A stretch of 64,000 nucleotides of DNA from the human T2T-CHM13v2.0 reference genome, Homo sapiens. Location of the stretch: NCBI RefSeq assembly GCF_009914755.1, contig NC_060940.1. The stretch is one strand, 5' to 3'. This document shows positions 1 to 16,720 of this stretch, piece by piece. How positions within the stretch are numbered: the first letter of the stretch is position 1; each line of letters opens with the position of its first letter. The translations under genes were made by a program, and so were the position numbers. A model generated the notes under the pieces. The model ran no database searches, was not told the DNA's origin, and worked only from the letters and a program-made list of their open reading frames with translations.

Positions 1-1284
1 GAGGCCCTGACCAACAGAAACTGTGATTCTCTAACTATCGTGTGAGTCCAGAAGAAAGCAGCATTTGATTCACAAAAATTAAATTTGCATGCGATGTTTT
101 CCTATTGCATGAAACCATCTGCACAGTGTTCATCTGAGTAGCAACGCCCTGTGTGTGAACCACACATTATGTCGCAGATGCATCTTCATTAGCGACCAGA
201 GTGGTATTCAAAATGGGTAAATTGGATCATTTAATATCGCTGCTCTTACCGCCGGAAAAAATGAAATTGAGGTTTTTTTTCCCCATTAGAGTTAATAAGA
301 CTTCAAAGGCTAGATTTTCATTAGGAAGGCAAAAGCATTCTTATAAATCCTGTCTCTCTGAAGAAGAGCTGAGGATGAAGAAGCCAGAAACCTGGGGCCA
401 CTGTCACTATCTTCCCACAGTGAGACTGTGACACTGTGGACTCAGCTTTTTTGCTCTTTAGGAATCACAGCCCAGAAGGACTTTTCTCATACCTCTCCTC
501 TGAAATGCAATTGAGAGCTCACTTCCTCCAGGAAGCCTCTTGGTTTATCCACCCGGGTCACAGCTCTGTGACCCCACTTCCTCAGGCCACTTTGGAACTC
601 AGCATCCAGTTTTTCCCCAGAAGCAGAGCCTAAGGCAAGACTTGGTGGAGGAAGGGCTTTATCTGGGAATTGATCCCAGGGAGCAGATGTGAGAGGCTGG
701 GGAGAGGGAGACAGGGATGAGAAGAAACCTCTGTAAGGATGCAAAACTGAGGCTACTGCTGTGGGCCCTAGGGCCTGGATCCCACTGCTCTGGGGAAGCC
801 TGCAGAAGGCCTCGAAGGGCAGTCTGCCTGAAGCACAGAGGGAAGAAGCAATGGCTTTCGCAACACCTCCATTGGTTGTAGGTTTCCTGTGGGAACATTA
901 ACCTCACATTCAAGGGTGACACATGGGTTCAGAGGTAGTGGAATCCTAGGACATTAGAGAAGACCCTGGGGCAGAAAGAAAAGTCTATGAGTGCTTGAGG
1001 TGAGATCCAGCCAGCAAGAGGCAAATAACTGGGGCTGGGCAATAGGAAGAGGGGCACCTGAGCCACCTGCCACATAGTAATTGTCAACTCAAAAGAGGTA
1101 AAAGACCAGACTGCAATCCAATATAAGAAGGTGTTTATTGGAGTCTTAAGAACTGCAATTTGGAAGACACAGATATGGCTAGAAGCCAACTTGTGTTCTG
1201 AAGAGAGGGAAGGGAGTATGGTTTTTTGTTTTGTTTTGTTTTTTGACAAAGTCTCACTGTGTTGCCCAGTTAGCACTTCTGCCT

Positions 1285-1649
1285 AACTGTATGTTTGTAA
1301 CCATTGGCCAGTCTCTCTTCATACCCTCTGCCCCCGACATTTTTCCCAGCCTCTGGTATCTATTATTCTACTTTTCACCTCCACGATATCAACATTTTTA
1401 GCTCCCACATGTGAGTTAGAACATGAAAATTTGTCATTCTGTGTCTGGCTTATGTTACTTAATATAATGACCCCCAGTTCTATTCATGTTGCTGCAAATG
1501 ACATGATTTTCTTCTATTTTATGGATGAATTGTATTTAATTGTGTAGGTATACCAGGTTTTCTTTATTCATTTCTTTGCTGATGGATATTTAAATTGATT
1601 CCACAGCTTTACTATTGTGAGTAGTGCTGTAATAAATACTTGAGTGCAG
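1285..1649 (-). mobile_element. Old L1MA-type 3' end (left part), interrupted by the L1PA insertion
   Basis: Antisense L1 3'UTR/ORF2-end motifs (ttttagctcccacatgtgag...catgttgctgcaaatgacatgattt). It resumes collinearly at 8088. Confidence 0.85.
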
Positions 1650-1867
1650 ACACTAAAATGGAAGATGGCTGAATAGGAACAGCTCCAGTCTGCAGCTCCC
1701 AGCATGATCAATGCAGAAGACGGGTGATTTCTGCATTTCCAACTGAGGTACCTGGTTCATCTCACTGGGACTTGTTGGACAGTGGGTGCAGCCCATGGAG
1801 GGCTGGCGGAAGCAGGGTGGGGCGTCGCCTCACTGGGGAAGCACAACAGGTCAGGGAATTCCCTTTC

Positions 1868-2086
1868 CTAGCCAAGGGAAGCCATGACAGACTGCCTGGA
1901 AAAATGGGGCACTCCTGCCCAAATACTGCACTTTTCCCAAGGTCTTAGCAACCAGCAGACAAGGTGATTCTCTCCTGTGCCTGACTCTGCTGGTCCCAAG
2001 CCCATGGAGTCCTGCTCACTGCTAGTGCAGCAGTCTGAGATTGATCTGTGAGGCAGCAGCCTGGCTGGGGGAGGGGCGTCCGCCAT
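1868..2086 (-). CDS. L1 antisense ORF0 homologue, 72 codons, open (expression unknown)
   Basis: MADAPPPARLLPHRSISDCCTSSEQDSMGLGP... aligns to L1 ORF0 (MAGAPPPASLPPCSLISDCCASNQRDSVGVGP...). ATG context GCAATGG. Confidence 0.6.
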   Translation of the reverse strand: MADAPPPARLLPHRSISDCCTSSEQDSMGLGPAESGTGENHLVCWLLRPWEKCSIWAGVPHFSRQSVMASLG

Positions 2087-2684
2087 TGCTGAGGCTTGAG
2101 TAGGTAAATAAAGTGTCTGGGAAGCTCGAACTGGGTGCAGCCCACTGCAGCTCCACAAGGCCTACTGCCTCTAGACTCCACCTCTGTGGGCGGGGCATAG
2201 CTGAACAAAAGGCAGCAGAAAACTTCTGCAGACTTAAACGTCTCTGTCTGACAGCTCTGAAGAGAGCAGTGGTTCTCCCAGCACAGTGTTTGCACACTGA
2301 GAACAGACAGACTGCCTCCTCAAGTGGGTCCCTGACTCCTGTGTAGCCTAACTGGGAGACACCTCCCAGTAGGGGCCAACAGACAACTCATATAGGTGGT
2401 CACCCCACTGGGACGAAGCTTCCAGAGGAAGGATCAGGCAGCAATATTTGCTGTTCTGAGATATTTGTTGTTCTGCAGCCTCTGCTGGTGATAACCAGGC
2501 AAACAGGGCCTGGAGTGCAACTCCAGCAAACTCCAACAGACCTGCAGCTGAGGGACCTGACTGTTAGAAGGAAAACTAACAAAGAGAAAGGAATAGCATC
2601 AACATCAACAAAAAGGTCATCTACACCAAAACACCATTGGTAGGTCACCAACATCAAAGACCAAAGGTAGATAAAAACACAAAG

Positions 2685-3710
2685 ATGAGGAGAAACCAGA
2701 GCAGAAAAGCTGAAAATTCTAAAAATAAGAATGCCTCTTATCATCCAAAGGAATGCAGCTCCTTACCAGCAACGGAACAAAGCTGGAAAGAGAATGACTT
2801 TGACAAGTTGACAGAAGTAGGCTTCAGAAGGTTGGTAATAACAAACTTCCCCAAGCTAAAGGAGCACGTTCGAACCCACTGCAAGGAAGCTAAAAACCTT
2901 GAAAAAAGGTCAGACGAATGGCTAACTAGAATAAACAGTGTAGAGAAGACCTTAAATGATCTGATGCAGCTGAAAACCGTGGCATGAGAACTACGTGATG
3001 CATGCACAAGTTTCAATAGCCGATTCAATAAAGTGGAACAAAGGGTATCAGCGATTGAAGATCAAATTAATAAAATAAAGTGAGAAGACAAGGTTGGAGA
3101 AAAAAGAGTAAAAAGAAAAGAACAAAGCCTCCAAGAAATATGGGACTATGTGAAAAGACCAAATCTACATTTGATTGGTGTACCTGAAAGTGATGGGGAG
3201 AATGGAACCAAGTTGGAAAACACTCTGCAGGATGTTATCCAAGAGAGCTTCCCCAACCTAGCAAGGCAAGTCAACATTCAAATTCAGGAAATACAGAGAA
3301 CACTACAAAGATACTCCTCGAGAAGAGCAACCCCAAGACATGTAATTGTCAGATTCACTAAGGTTGAAATGAAGGAAAAAGTGTTAAGGGCAGCCAGAGA
3401 GAAAGGTTGGGTTACCCACAAAGGAAAGCCCATCTGACTAACAGCGGATCTCTCAGCAGAAATCCTACAAACCAGAAGAGAGTGGGGGCCAATATTCAAC
3501 ATTCTTGAAGGAAAGAATTTTCAACCCAGAATTTCATATCCAGCCAAACTAAGCTTCATAAGTGAAGGAGAAATAAAATCCTTTACAGACAAGTAAATGC
3601 TGAGAGATTTTGTCACCACCAGGCCTGCCCTAAAAGAGCCCCTGAAGGAAGCACTAAACATGGAAAGAAACAACTGGTACCAGCCACTGCAAAAACATGC
3701 CAAATTGTAA
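2685..3710 (+). pseudogene. L1 ORF1p remnant
   Basis: MRRNQSRKAENSK..., KRPNLHLIGVPESDGENGTKLENTLQD...; broken by premature stops (e.g. at 2987 and 3437). Confidence 0.95.
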
Positions 3711-3773
3711 AGACCATCAATGCTAGGAAGAAACTGCATCAATTAACAGGCAAAATAACCAGCAAACATCATA

Positions 3774-7860
<4,087 letters not shown>

Positions 7861-8087
7861 ACAATGAGATCACTTAGACACAGGACGGGGAACATCACAC
7901 ACTGGTGCCTGCTAGGGGGTGGGTGTTGGGGGAGGGATGGCATTAGAAGAAATACCTAATGTAAATTATGAGTTGATGGGTGCAGCAAACCAACATGGCA
8001 CATGTATACCTATGTATCAAACCTGCACGTTGTGCACATGTACCCTAGAACTTAAAGTATAATTAAATCAATAAAAAGTAAAAAGTA

Positions 8088-8302
8088 AATAAATAAGTGA
8101 GTGCAGGTATCCCTTTAATACGCTGAATTCTTTTTCCTTTGGATAGATACACAGTGGTAGGACTGTAGGATTGTATGGTAGTTCTGTTTTTAGCTTTTTT
8201 TTTTTTTAGAAATCTCCACACTGTTTCCTGTAGTGGCTATATTGATTTACATTCCCACCAACAGTGGACAAGGGTTTCCCTTTCTCCACGTCCAAACCAG
8301 CA
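8088..8302 (-). mobile_element. Old L1MA-type element (right part)
   Basis: Continues the 1285-1649 sequence (tttcctttggatagatac...tttacattcccaccaacagtg). Confidence 0.85.
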
Positions 8303-8329
8303 AGCAAGGTACATTCTTATTCTAGAAAA

Positions 8330-8680
8330 AGTGGTCACGGAAAAGACGGCATTGAATAGAGTTAGGGAATAAGCCGAGAGAAGAGCGGTAGTGGTGAGGG
8401 GCTTGGGGAGGCGATGAGAGCACTCAGGATGGAGATGCCGACAGAGTGGTGGTGCTGCCGTGGGAGGAAGGCCTGTGTGTTTGAGCAGAAGAAGTCCAGC
8501 GTGACTGAGGCTGAGTGAGCAAGGGTGAGAGTTGGGGAACTAAGACCACAGAGGTGGCAGGGGGAGGTTGTGCAGTCCTATGAAGGGAGGTTGGGTCTTC
8601 TTCCTTCTGGGAGCGAAAGCTGTTGGCAGGCAGTAATGTGAGATGGTTGAGTTTTTCAATAAGAGTTTTAAAAATCAAGA
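8330..8680 (-). mobile_element. L2 fragment
   Basis: Degenerate L2 antisense pattern (gtccagcgtgactgaggctgagtgagcaagggtgaga...). Confidence 0.55.
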
Positions 8681-8704
8681 CTGTACTGAATACTTTTCAT
8701 ATTC

Positions 8705-8825
8705 AGAATTTTCCTTATAACTACCCTATGAGGTTTTAGGGACAGGGAAGGAATGCAGTTTCTCTAAGCTCATACAATTATGCAGACAGGATTTGAACTC
8801 AGGGACTCTGGCTCCAGAGCCCTAG
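8705..8825 (-). mobile_element. MIR fragment
   Basis: ataactaccctatgagg...aggatttgaactcagggactctggctccagagccc. Confidence 0.6.
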
Positions 8826-10359
8826 ATTTTATGTTATTTGCCTTTAGTGCCCTAAAGTTGTTTCTCTAGGACTATACCCTGGATCCCTCCAAGACAGCAC
8901 AGTCTTCCAGGTCAGAGGTATTCTTTCACTGTCTTTCTACCTCCCACAGCAACCAGCGATGCTCACATTTGCTGTTACCTAAGTGATGCGGCTGGCCTGG
9001 GTGGGTGCACAGCCTAGGGACAGAGAGGCATAGGTGCTGGTGGAACACTGCGGTGACATTTTGTCCTGCCTTAATCACTGCACTGGGGGCAGACTTTTAT
9101 GAAGGGGCATGCCTTTCTGCTTCAGTGTGTCCAGATCATGCCTGCTTAGTGGGGAGGGCAGTCTGCCTGGAAGATTCTGAGGCCCCAGAGCACATCCATG
9201 TAATGGCTGAGTGAGAGACATAGGCAGAAGGAGGAAGTAGGAGGGACTGACGTTTTCCAGTTTTTCTATCTATAAAAGTAAATTCAAACGGCTCCCACAA
9301 TTTGATTTAAGCCAATATTCTGACCTATTTGTGCCCTCTTTCATCCTGTGTCTGAAAAGGAAAGTGTTAAGTATTTTTCTGCATTTGCAAAAAATTTCTT
9401 TGACCAGCAAGGACATTGGGTCAGCTTACCCTTTAAAGGTGGCAACTCCAATTTAGAAGATTTAAGTTTGGGAAAATGTGTGCTTACTAAGAGCCCAGGA
9501 GCAGAGTCGTAAAGAACTCGCCCATCCGTTCTGCAAGCAGTAGTTTATGTGGGTTCATTCCAGAACCTTTCAAAGGCTGTGAAAAAGGCAGGAGTGACTC
9601 TGCCATTCATTGAGAGTGCAGTATCAGCCTCAGGGGCTGACCTGAGCAGCTTGCTCCACCCCTGCTTTGAGGAAGGACAGCACCTGGTCAGAGAGGTGTC
9701 TTGCTCAAGGTACAAAACAGGTAACAGGTAAAGCGCTCCAGAAAAGCTCGTTAATCAGGGCTTCAGTGTCCGAGTTGCCATAGCTTGGTGATTTCAGAGG
9801 TCAGCCATGGGGAAGCCCACAGTCAATTAGAGTGAAAGGCCAGAGGCCAGGTCAGCTTCCCTGTGATCTGGGTCCTAGCATTGTGGAGGGCAGTGGATGG
9901 ATTTTACTTGCTGATTTTCGAAACACCAATAGCAGACTTCCTTGACCCATGCTTAACACCAGTCTCACCTGGCGTTATTAGCAATGCAATGCCACAGGAA
10001 AGAAATTCTAACTGAAAACATGAATAAACTCCAGGAGGGTTGAAGTAAGGTAGTCAAGAGTAACTTCCTTTGTGGTTTGTTTGGTGTCCAGGAGAAGAAT
10101 CATGATAATACTCAAATTTACCTGAAAACCTCCATCAGCATGACGGTTCCTCAGTTGAGTGGACTATGGAACTGACCCGAGAGACATTTCGATCTCCTTA
10201 ATATCTGGTGTAAGCTACTGTGGCTTGAGTTGTATGTGGCTTTCCTAGATCTTAGGGTGCAGAAGTAAGTATGCCGTCATGAGCTGGGGTCAAATCAGGA
10301 CACCTGAAGTTTTCCCTGAATCGTATCAGAGTCTCAACAGTTGCCATTAGTAACGACAG

Positions 10360-10582
10360 TCAATATTTTCTGCACACTCATGTGCCAGGCCCTGTGCTGA
10401 GTGCTTGTCAGACTTTCTCACATCAATCTTTGCAGTAATTCCATGAAGTAGGTTTGGATCTTTAGCCCTGTTTTACAGGTGAGGAAACAGAGGCACAAAT
10501 TCACTGGATCAAGTCTGCCCTGGTAGGTGGAGGCAGAGCTGGGATTTGACTGCAAGAGTCAAGATTCCAGAGCACACTCTTT
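10360..10582 (-). mobile_element. MIR
   Basis: tgtgccaggccctgtgctgagtgctt...ctgttttacaggtgaggaaacagaggcaca...gagctgggatttga. Confidence 0.8.
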
Positions 10583-10980
10583 CGAACCCCAGGAAGAATT
10601 CCCTCTCCCAGGCAGGCACATACATGACCTAAAGGAATGTTGGCCTGAGGGACAGTGGCATTGAGTCATGCCTGCCTGGGGTCTGGAAAATGACCAGAGT
10701 GCCAAGGGGTCTGGAAAATGCCTGGGGTAGAGATTGCAGTAGCTACACTCAGACTCCTCAGGCCAGAGAAGTTGACAACAATGCCACATGCACAATCTGC
10801 TTTCCCAGCTGCCGTGGTTATGAACAGAAATGCTACAAATTCCAACCTGTTTGAACGTGGACTGGAGTTTAGGGAGGGCTGGTGACTTGTCTTTGACTCA
10901 CTGAATCCATCTCAGCACTTTTTTGACAATCATATTTTCTGTCTTTACTGTCTCTGAGGCTTGGGCTTTTCATTTGTTTC

Positions 10981-11323
<343 letters not shown>

Positions 11324-12589
11324 GAGTGGGTTTTTCTCGAGACACTTTCTGTACCCATTCATTACATTTGTTTTGGGAAAGGAAATAAACAAACCAGTGG
11401 TGGATGGAGGGCAGTGGGAAAGTGAATAATCCGGCTAATAGTGAACTAACCAAGGTCAAGCTGCTTGGAATCAGAGGAAGATGACTCCTGCCTCCTCCTC
11501 CCAAAAATTCAAGTCAAGAGTTGATTCTAATCCTCTGCAGAATCTGTCCTTCAAGTCAGACCTGCTTTGGAGGAACAGAAGGGCCTAGATAATTTCTTAA
11601 CATTTGAGAAAAATTATAATTTGATAAAGACATTTTATATTCCTGGTGGCAGCAGTTCATCTGTAGAAATGATTTGAGGTCTGGGGGAAAATAGCTATGT
11701 TGAAAAAAGAGTTGCTGAGACACTGAAAAGGACAACGTGAGCAAAACTTAATTAGGAGTAAAGGCTAATGGAATGGAAAGGGAGGCAGGATAAGTTCATT
11801 TTATTAATAATAAACCTGAACTTAGGGAAGGGAGAGCAGATGGAAAGAAAGGAACGCGTAATGCGTTGTTTCATTTCCTCTGAATAAAGTGTGGTGTGCT
11901 GAAATGTAACAAGATTATCCATCTGCTTTTGTCTAAATAAATTCAGGGTTTTCACAAACGTAGTGAATTTTCAGCTTGTAATTTGCTGTCTCCGGTGAGC
12001 GTGGTGCTGAGAAGACCCGTGATGCTCTCTTTGAAGCCCATTTGCGGCATGCCCCAGGCCTGGGACCTCCATTAAGCACCAGGGCCTCGCCAAGCACCGG
12101 TGAGAACGCTGGAGTCGTGGGGCTCTCAGCCTGGGTGGGATGCTCCATCACGGCAGCTGCCCGGGGGCTGCATGGCACAGGGTAGTGGAGAAGGAGAGTG
12201 GTCTGGATTTAAGGGATGGGGCTAGAGCTGCAGGATGGCTCTCTTTATTTGCATACTTTGGAGTAAGATGAAAAGCTCTTCGCACCTCATTCACCACTCA
12301 TTTACTTCTATGCCTTTATTCACAAAGTTTTCTCTACCAGAAATTCCATCTCTCCTCTACTTCTCCCCCCTAAATTCTATAGTTTTTAAAAGTCACTTAT
12401 TTCCAAGTGCCTTCTTCAATGGCGTTGGAACACACAGATTTATTTCTCATATCCTGGAACTGTTGCTCTGTTACTTGGTGAATTCAACCGTTCAAGCAGT
12501 TATTTAATTCCCTGCTTTGCTTCTTCACCTTCTATGTGTGTATGTTTTTAGTTTTGAATATGACTGTAACTTCCTCCTCTTTCCTTCCT

Positions 12590-12740
12590 TTGACAGATAT
12601 TTGTTGAGTACCTTCCATTTGCTAAATACTGTGCTTTGAAGGCACTGGGAATTCAATGATGAGCAAAGTAGATATGGTCCTTGACCTCATGGAGCTTGAG
12701 GGAAAATGAAGAAGACATTCACCTAAATAAATAGATAATT
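12590..12740 (-). mobile_element. L2 3' end
   Basis: acagatatttgttgagtacc...ggcactggga...atggtccttgacctcatggagctt. Confidence 0.7.
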
Positions 12741-12759
12741 GCAAAATTTAATACATCAA

Positions 12760-13573
12760 ATTTAAGTCAATATTATTGAGATATAATTACATACAATAAA
12801 ATTCACACATATGAAGTCTATAGGTCAATGACTTTTGACAAATGCCACCATTTATGTAACCAACATCCTAATTAAGATATAGAACATTTCCATCATTTCC
12901 ATCTCTCCAAAAGCTTCCTCACATGCCTTCCCAGTCAATCTCCCCGTATCTAAATCCTACTATCTGCTTACCACCTCTGATTATTTTTGCCTACTTTAGA
13001 ATTTCATATAAATGGAATAATACAGCATACATTGTTTTGTGTATGTTTTCTTTCCCTCAGCCTAATGTCTCTGAGATTCCCCCATGTTGCTGTGTGTAGC
13101 ATGACCTGTTCCTTTATATGGCTGAGTATGTACATAAGGGTGTACCACAATTTGTTTATCAATTCACCTGTTGATGGACATTTGGGTTGTTTACAGCTTT
13201 TGTCAATTTTTAATAAAGCTTCTGTATACATTTGTGTTCAAGTCTTTTTGTGCCATATATTTTTCTTGAAAAAATACTTAGGAGAGGAATGGCCAGGTTA
13301 TATAGAAAGTACATGTTTAAGTTTATAAGAAACTGTTGGGGTTTCTCAAGGTTTCCAGCATTTTTATACTCCTACCAGCATCACATGAAAATTCCAGTTG
13401 CTCTATGTCCTTGCCAACATTTGATGTTTTTATTCTTCGTTAGTCATTCCAATGGAAGTGAAATAATTATTTCATTGTGGCTTAAATTTGCATTTCCCTG
13501 ATAACTAATGATATTGCATATATTTTCATGTAGTTATTGGCTTTTCAATATTATCTTTCATGGGGTATCTGTT
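12760..13573 (-). mobile_element. Ancient L1 (L1ME/L1MD-type) 3' end
   Basis: ttattgagatataattacatacaataaaattcac...tagaatttcatataaatggaataatacagcat; ORF 13004-13231 resembles the ORF2 C-terminus (KQPKCPSTGELINKLWY). Confidence 0.85.
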
Positions 13574-13587
13574 CAATCCAGCAATAT

Positions 13588-13832
13588 ATTTTTTTTTGAG
13601 ATACAGTCTCACTCTGTTGCCCGGGCTGGAGTACAGTGGCGCAATCTTGGCTCACTGCAAGCTCCTGGGACTACAGGCGCCCGCCACTATGCCTGGCTAA
13701 TTTTTTGTATTTTTAGTAGAGACGGGGTTTCACTGTGTTAGCCAGGATGGTCTCGATCTCCTGACCTCATGATCTGCCTGCCTCAGCCTCCCAAAGTGCT
13801 GGGATTACAGGCGTGAGCCACCACGCCCAGCC
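13588..13832 (-). mobile_element. AluY-like element with an internal deletion of about 46 bp
   Basis: ctcactgcaagctcc|tgggactacaggcgcccgcc; gtgttagccaggatggtctcgatctcctgacctc. TSD caatccagcaatat at 13574-13587 and 13833-13846. Confidence 0.95.
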
Positions 13833-14698
13833 CAATCCAGCAATATGTTTAAAACATAATGCCTCATAACAAGGTGTGGCTATCCCAGGAATGCAAGGCT
13901 GGTTTTATATTCTACAATCAAGCACTGTAATTCACTATGTTAATTAAACCAAGGAAGGCAACTACAAGATTATTTTAATAGATGCATAAAAAGCATTTGA
14001 TAAAACTCAACATCAATTTATGATAAAAAAACTCTCATCAATCTTGGGGATAACTTATATTTTTAAAATATTGAGTCTTCCAATCTTATTAGCATTATAT
14101 ATCTCTTCATTTTTAGATCTTAGATTTCTTTAAGAAACGTTTTATAGTTTTTATTGTACAAGTCTTGTACATATTTTGTCAAATTTATCCCTAAGTGTTT
14201 CACATTTGCTATGCTACTGTTAGTTGTGTTATTAATCTAAATTTTCAATTTCGTTCTTTAAATAACAAAGTTGGAAGACTCAACTATGTGACTTGAATAC
14301 TTACTATAAAATTGCAATGATTAAGACAATGTGACATTAGTATAAAGACAGTGTCAGTGAAACAGAATAGAGTCTAGGAAAAAACCCTACACATCTATGG
14401 TCAATTGAGTTTTGACAAAGAAGTCAAGGAAATTCAATGAGAAAAGTATAGTCTTTTCAACAAATTGTGCTGAAATTTGGGACAACTGGAAAAAACAATA
14501 TTTTACACTATAACCAAAAATGAATTACAAATGTATCATAGACTTCAACACAAGAGATAAAGTTGTAAAGATTTTTCATGAAAACATAAGAGAAAGCTTC
14601 ATGACATTGAGGTAGACAAAGGTTTTTTGGAGATGCTCTGCTTTTACATAAAGTAAGTTTTTAAAAACTTGACAAATTGGATTTCATCACAATTAAAA
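13833..14698 (+). mobile_element. Ancient L1M ORF2 region (left part), with an internal inverted segment at about 14044-14235
   Basis: atcccaggaatgcaaggctggttt...atagatgcataaaaagcatttgataaaactcaac; gacaaattggatttcatcacaattaaaa at the right end. Confidence 0.8.
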
Positions 14699-14956
14699 GG
14701 CGATTCCAAGAAGGCTGAATAGGAACAGCTCCAGTCTACAGCTCCCAGCGTGAGTGAGGCAGAAGATGGGTGATTTCTGCATTTCCAACTGAGGTACTGG
14801 GTTCATCTCACTGGGGCTTGTTGGACAGTGGGTGTAGTGCACCGAGCATGAGATGAAGCAACGCGAGGCATTGCCTCACTCAGGAAGTGCAAGGGGTCAG
14901 GGAATTCCCTTTCCCAGCCAAGTGAAGCTGTGACAGATGGCACCTGGAAAATCGGG

Positions 14957-15133
14957 TCACTCCCACCCAATACTGCACTTTTCCAATGGTCTTAGCAAAC
15001 AGCACACCAGGAAATTATATCCCACGCCTGGCTCAGAGGGTCCCATGCCCATGGACCCTAGCTTAGTGCTGGCACAGCAGTCTGAGATTGAACTGCAAGG
15101 CGGCAGCGAGGCTTGGGGAGGGGCACCCACCAT
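14957..15133 (-). pseudogene. L1 ORF0 homologue, frameshifted to 58 codons
   Basis: MVGAPPQASLPPCSSISDCCAST...EKCSIGWE*; a 1-bp deletion near 14970 relative to the ORF0 ...NIRVGVTRF frame. Confidence 0.6.
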
Positions 15134-15704
15134 TGCTGAGGCTTGAGTAGGTAAAGCGGCCAGGAAGCTCAAACTGGGTGGAGCCCACCACAGCTCAAGG
15201 AGGCCTCCCTGCCTCTGTAGACACCACCTCCAGGGGCAGGGCATAGCCAAACAATAGGCAGCAGAAACCTCTGCAGACTTAAATGTCCCTGTCTGACAGC
15301 TTTGAAGAGAGTAGTGGTTCTCCCAGCACACAGTTGGAGACCTGAGAACGGACAGACTGCCTCCTCAAGTGGGTCCCTGACCCCCAAGTAGCCCAACTGG
15401 GAGGCACCCCCAAGTAGGGGCGGACTGACACCTCACACGGCCAGGTACCCCTCTGAGATGAAACTTCCAGAGGAACAATCAGGCAGCAACATTTGCTGTT
15501 CAGCAATATTGGCTGTTCTGCAGCCTCCACTGCTGATACCCAGGCAAACAGGGTCTGGAGTGGACCTCCAACAAACTCCAACAGACCTGCAGCTGAGGGA
15601 CCTGACTGTTAGAAGGAAAACTAACAAACAGAAAGGACATCCACACCAAAAACCCATCTGTACATCACCATCATCAAAGACCAAAGGTAGATAAAACCAC
15701 AAAG

Positions 15705-16720
15705 ATGGGGAAAAAACAGAGCAGAAAAGCTAAAAATTGTAAAAATCAGAGTGCCTCTTCCCCTCCAAAGGAATGCAGCTCCTCACCAGCAACGGAACAA
15801 AGCTGGACAGAGAATGACTTTGACGAGTTGAGAGAAGAAGGCTTCAGACAATCAAACTTCTCCGAGCTAAAGGAGGAAGTTTGAACCCATCACAAAGAAG
15901 CTAAAAACCTTGAAAAAAGTTTAGACGAATGGCTAACTAGAATAACCAGTGTAGAGAAGTCCTTAAATGACCTGATGGAGCTGAAAACCATGGCATGAGA
16001 ACTATGTGATGAATGCACAAGCTTAAGCAGCTGATTTGATTAACTGGAAGAAAGGGTATCAGTGATTGAAGATCAAATGAATGAAATGAAGCAAGAAGAG
16101 AAATTCAGAGAAAAAAGAGTAAAAAGAAATGAACAAAGCCTCCAAGAAATATGGGACTATGTGAAAAGACCAAATCTACGTCTGATTGGTGTACCTGAAA
16201 GTGACAGGGAGAATGGAACCAAGTTGGAAAACACTCTTCAGGATATTATCCAGGAGAACTTCCCCAACCTAGCAGGGCAGGCCAACATTGAAATTCAGGA
16301 AATATAGAGAATGCCACAAAGATACTCCTCGAGAAGAGCAACTCCAAGACACATAATTGTCAGATTCACCAAAGTTGAAATGAAGGAAAAAATGTTAAGG
16401 GCAGCCAGAGAGAAAGGTCGGGTTACCCACAAAGGGAAGCCCATCAGACTAACAGCAGATCTCTTGGCAGAAACTCTACAAGCCAGAAGAGAGTGGGGGC
16501 CAATATTCAACATTCTTAAAGAAAATAATTTTCAACTCAGAATTTCATATCCAGCCAAACTAAGCTTCATAAGTGAAGGAGAAAAAAAATACTTTACAGA
16601 CAAGCAAATGCTGAGAGATTTTGTCACCACGAGGTCTGCCCTAAAAGAGCTCCTGAAGGAAGCACTAAACATGGAAAGGAACAACTGACACCAGCCACGC
16701 AAAAACATGCCAAATTGTAA
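15705..16720 (+). pseudogene. L1 ORF1p remnant
   Basis: atggggaaaaaacagagcagaaaag; fragments 16062-16307 and 16311-16688 (YSSRRATPRHIIVRFTKVEMKEKML); several stops. Confidence 0.95.

Noticed and set aside
1082-1270. Possible antisense LTR end followed by a very short Alu tail fragment
   Set aside because: Too short and degraded to assign a family with confidence.
10677-10720. 15-bp direct repeat ggggtctggaaaatg x2
   Set aside because: A small local slippage-type duplication with no further structure.
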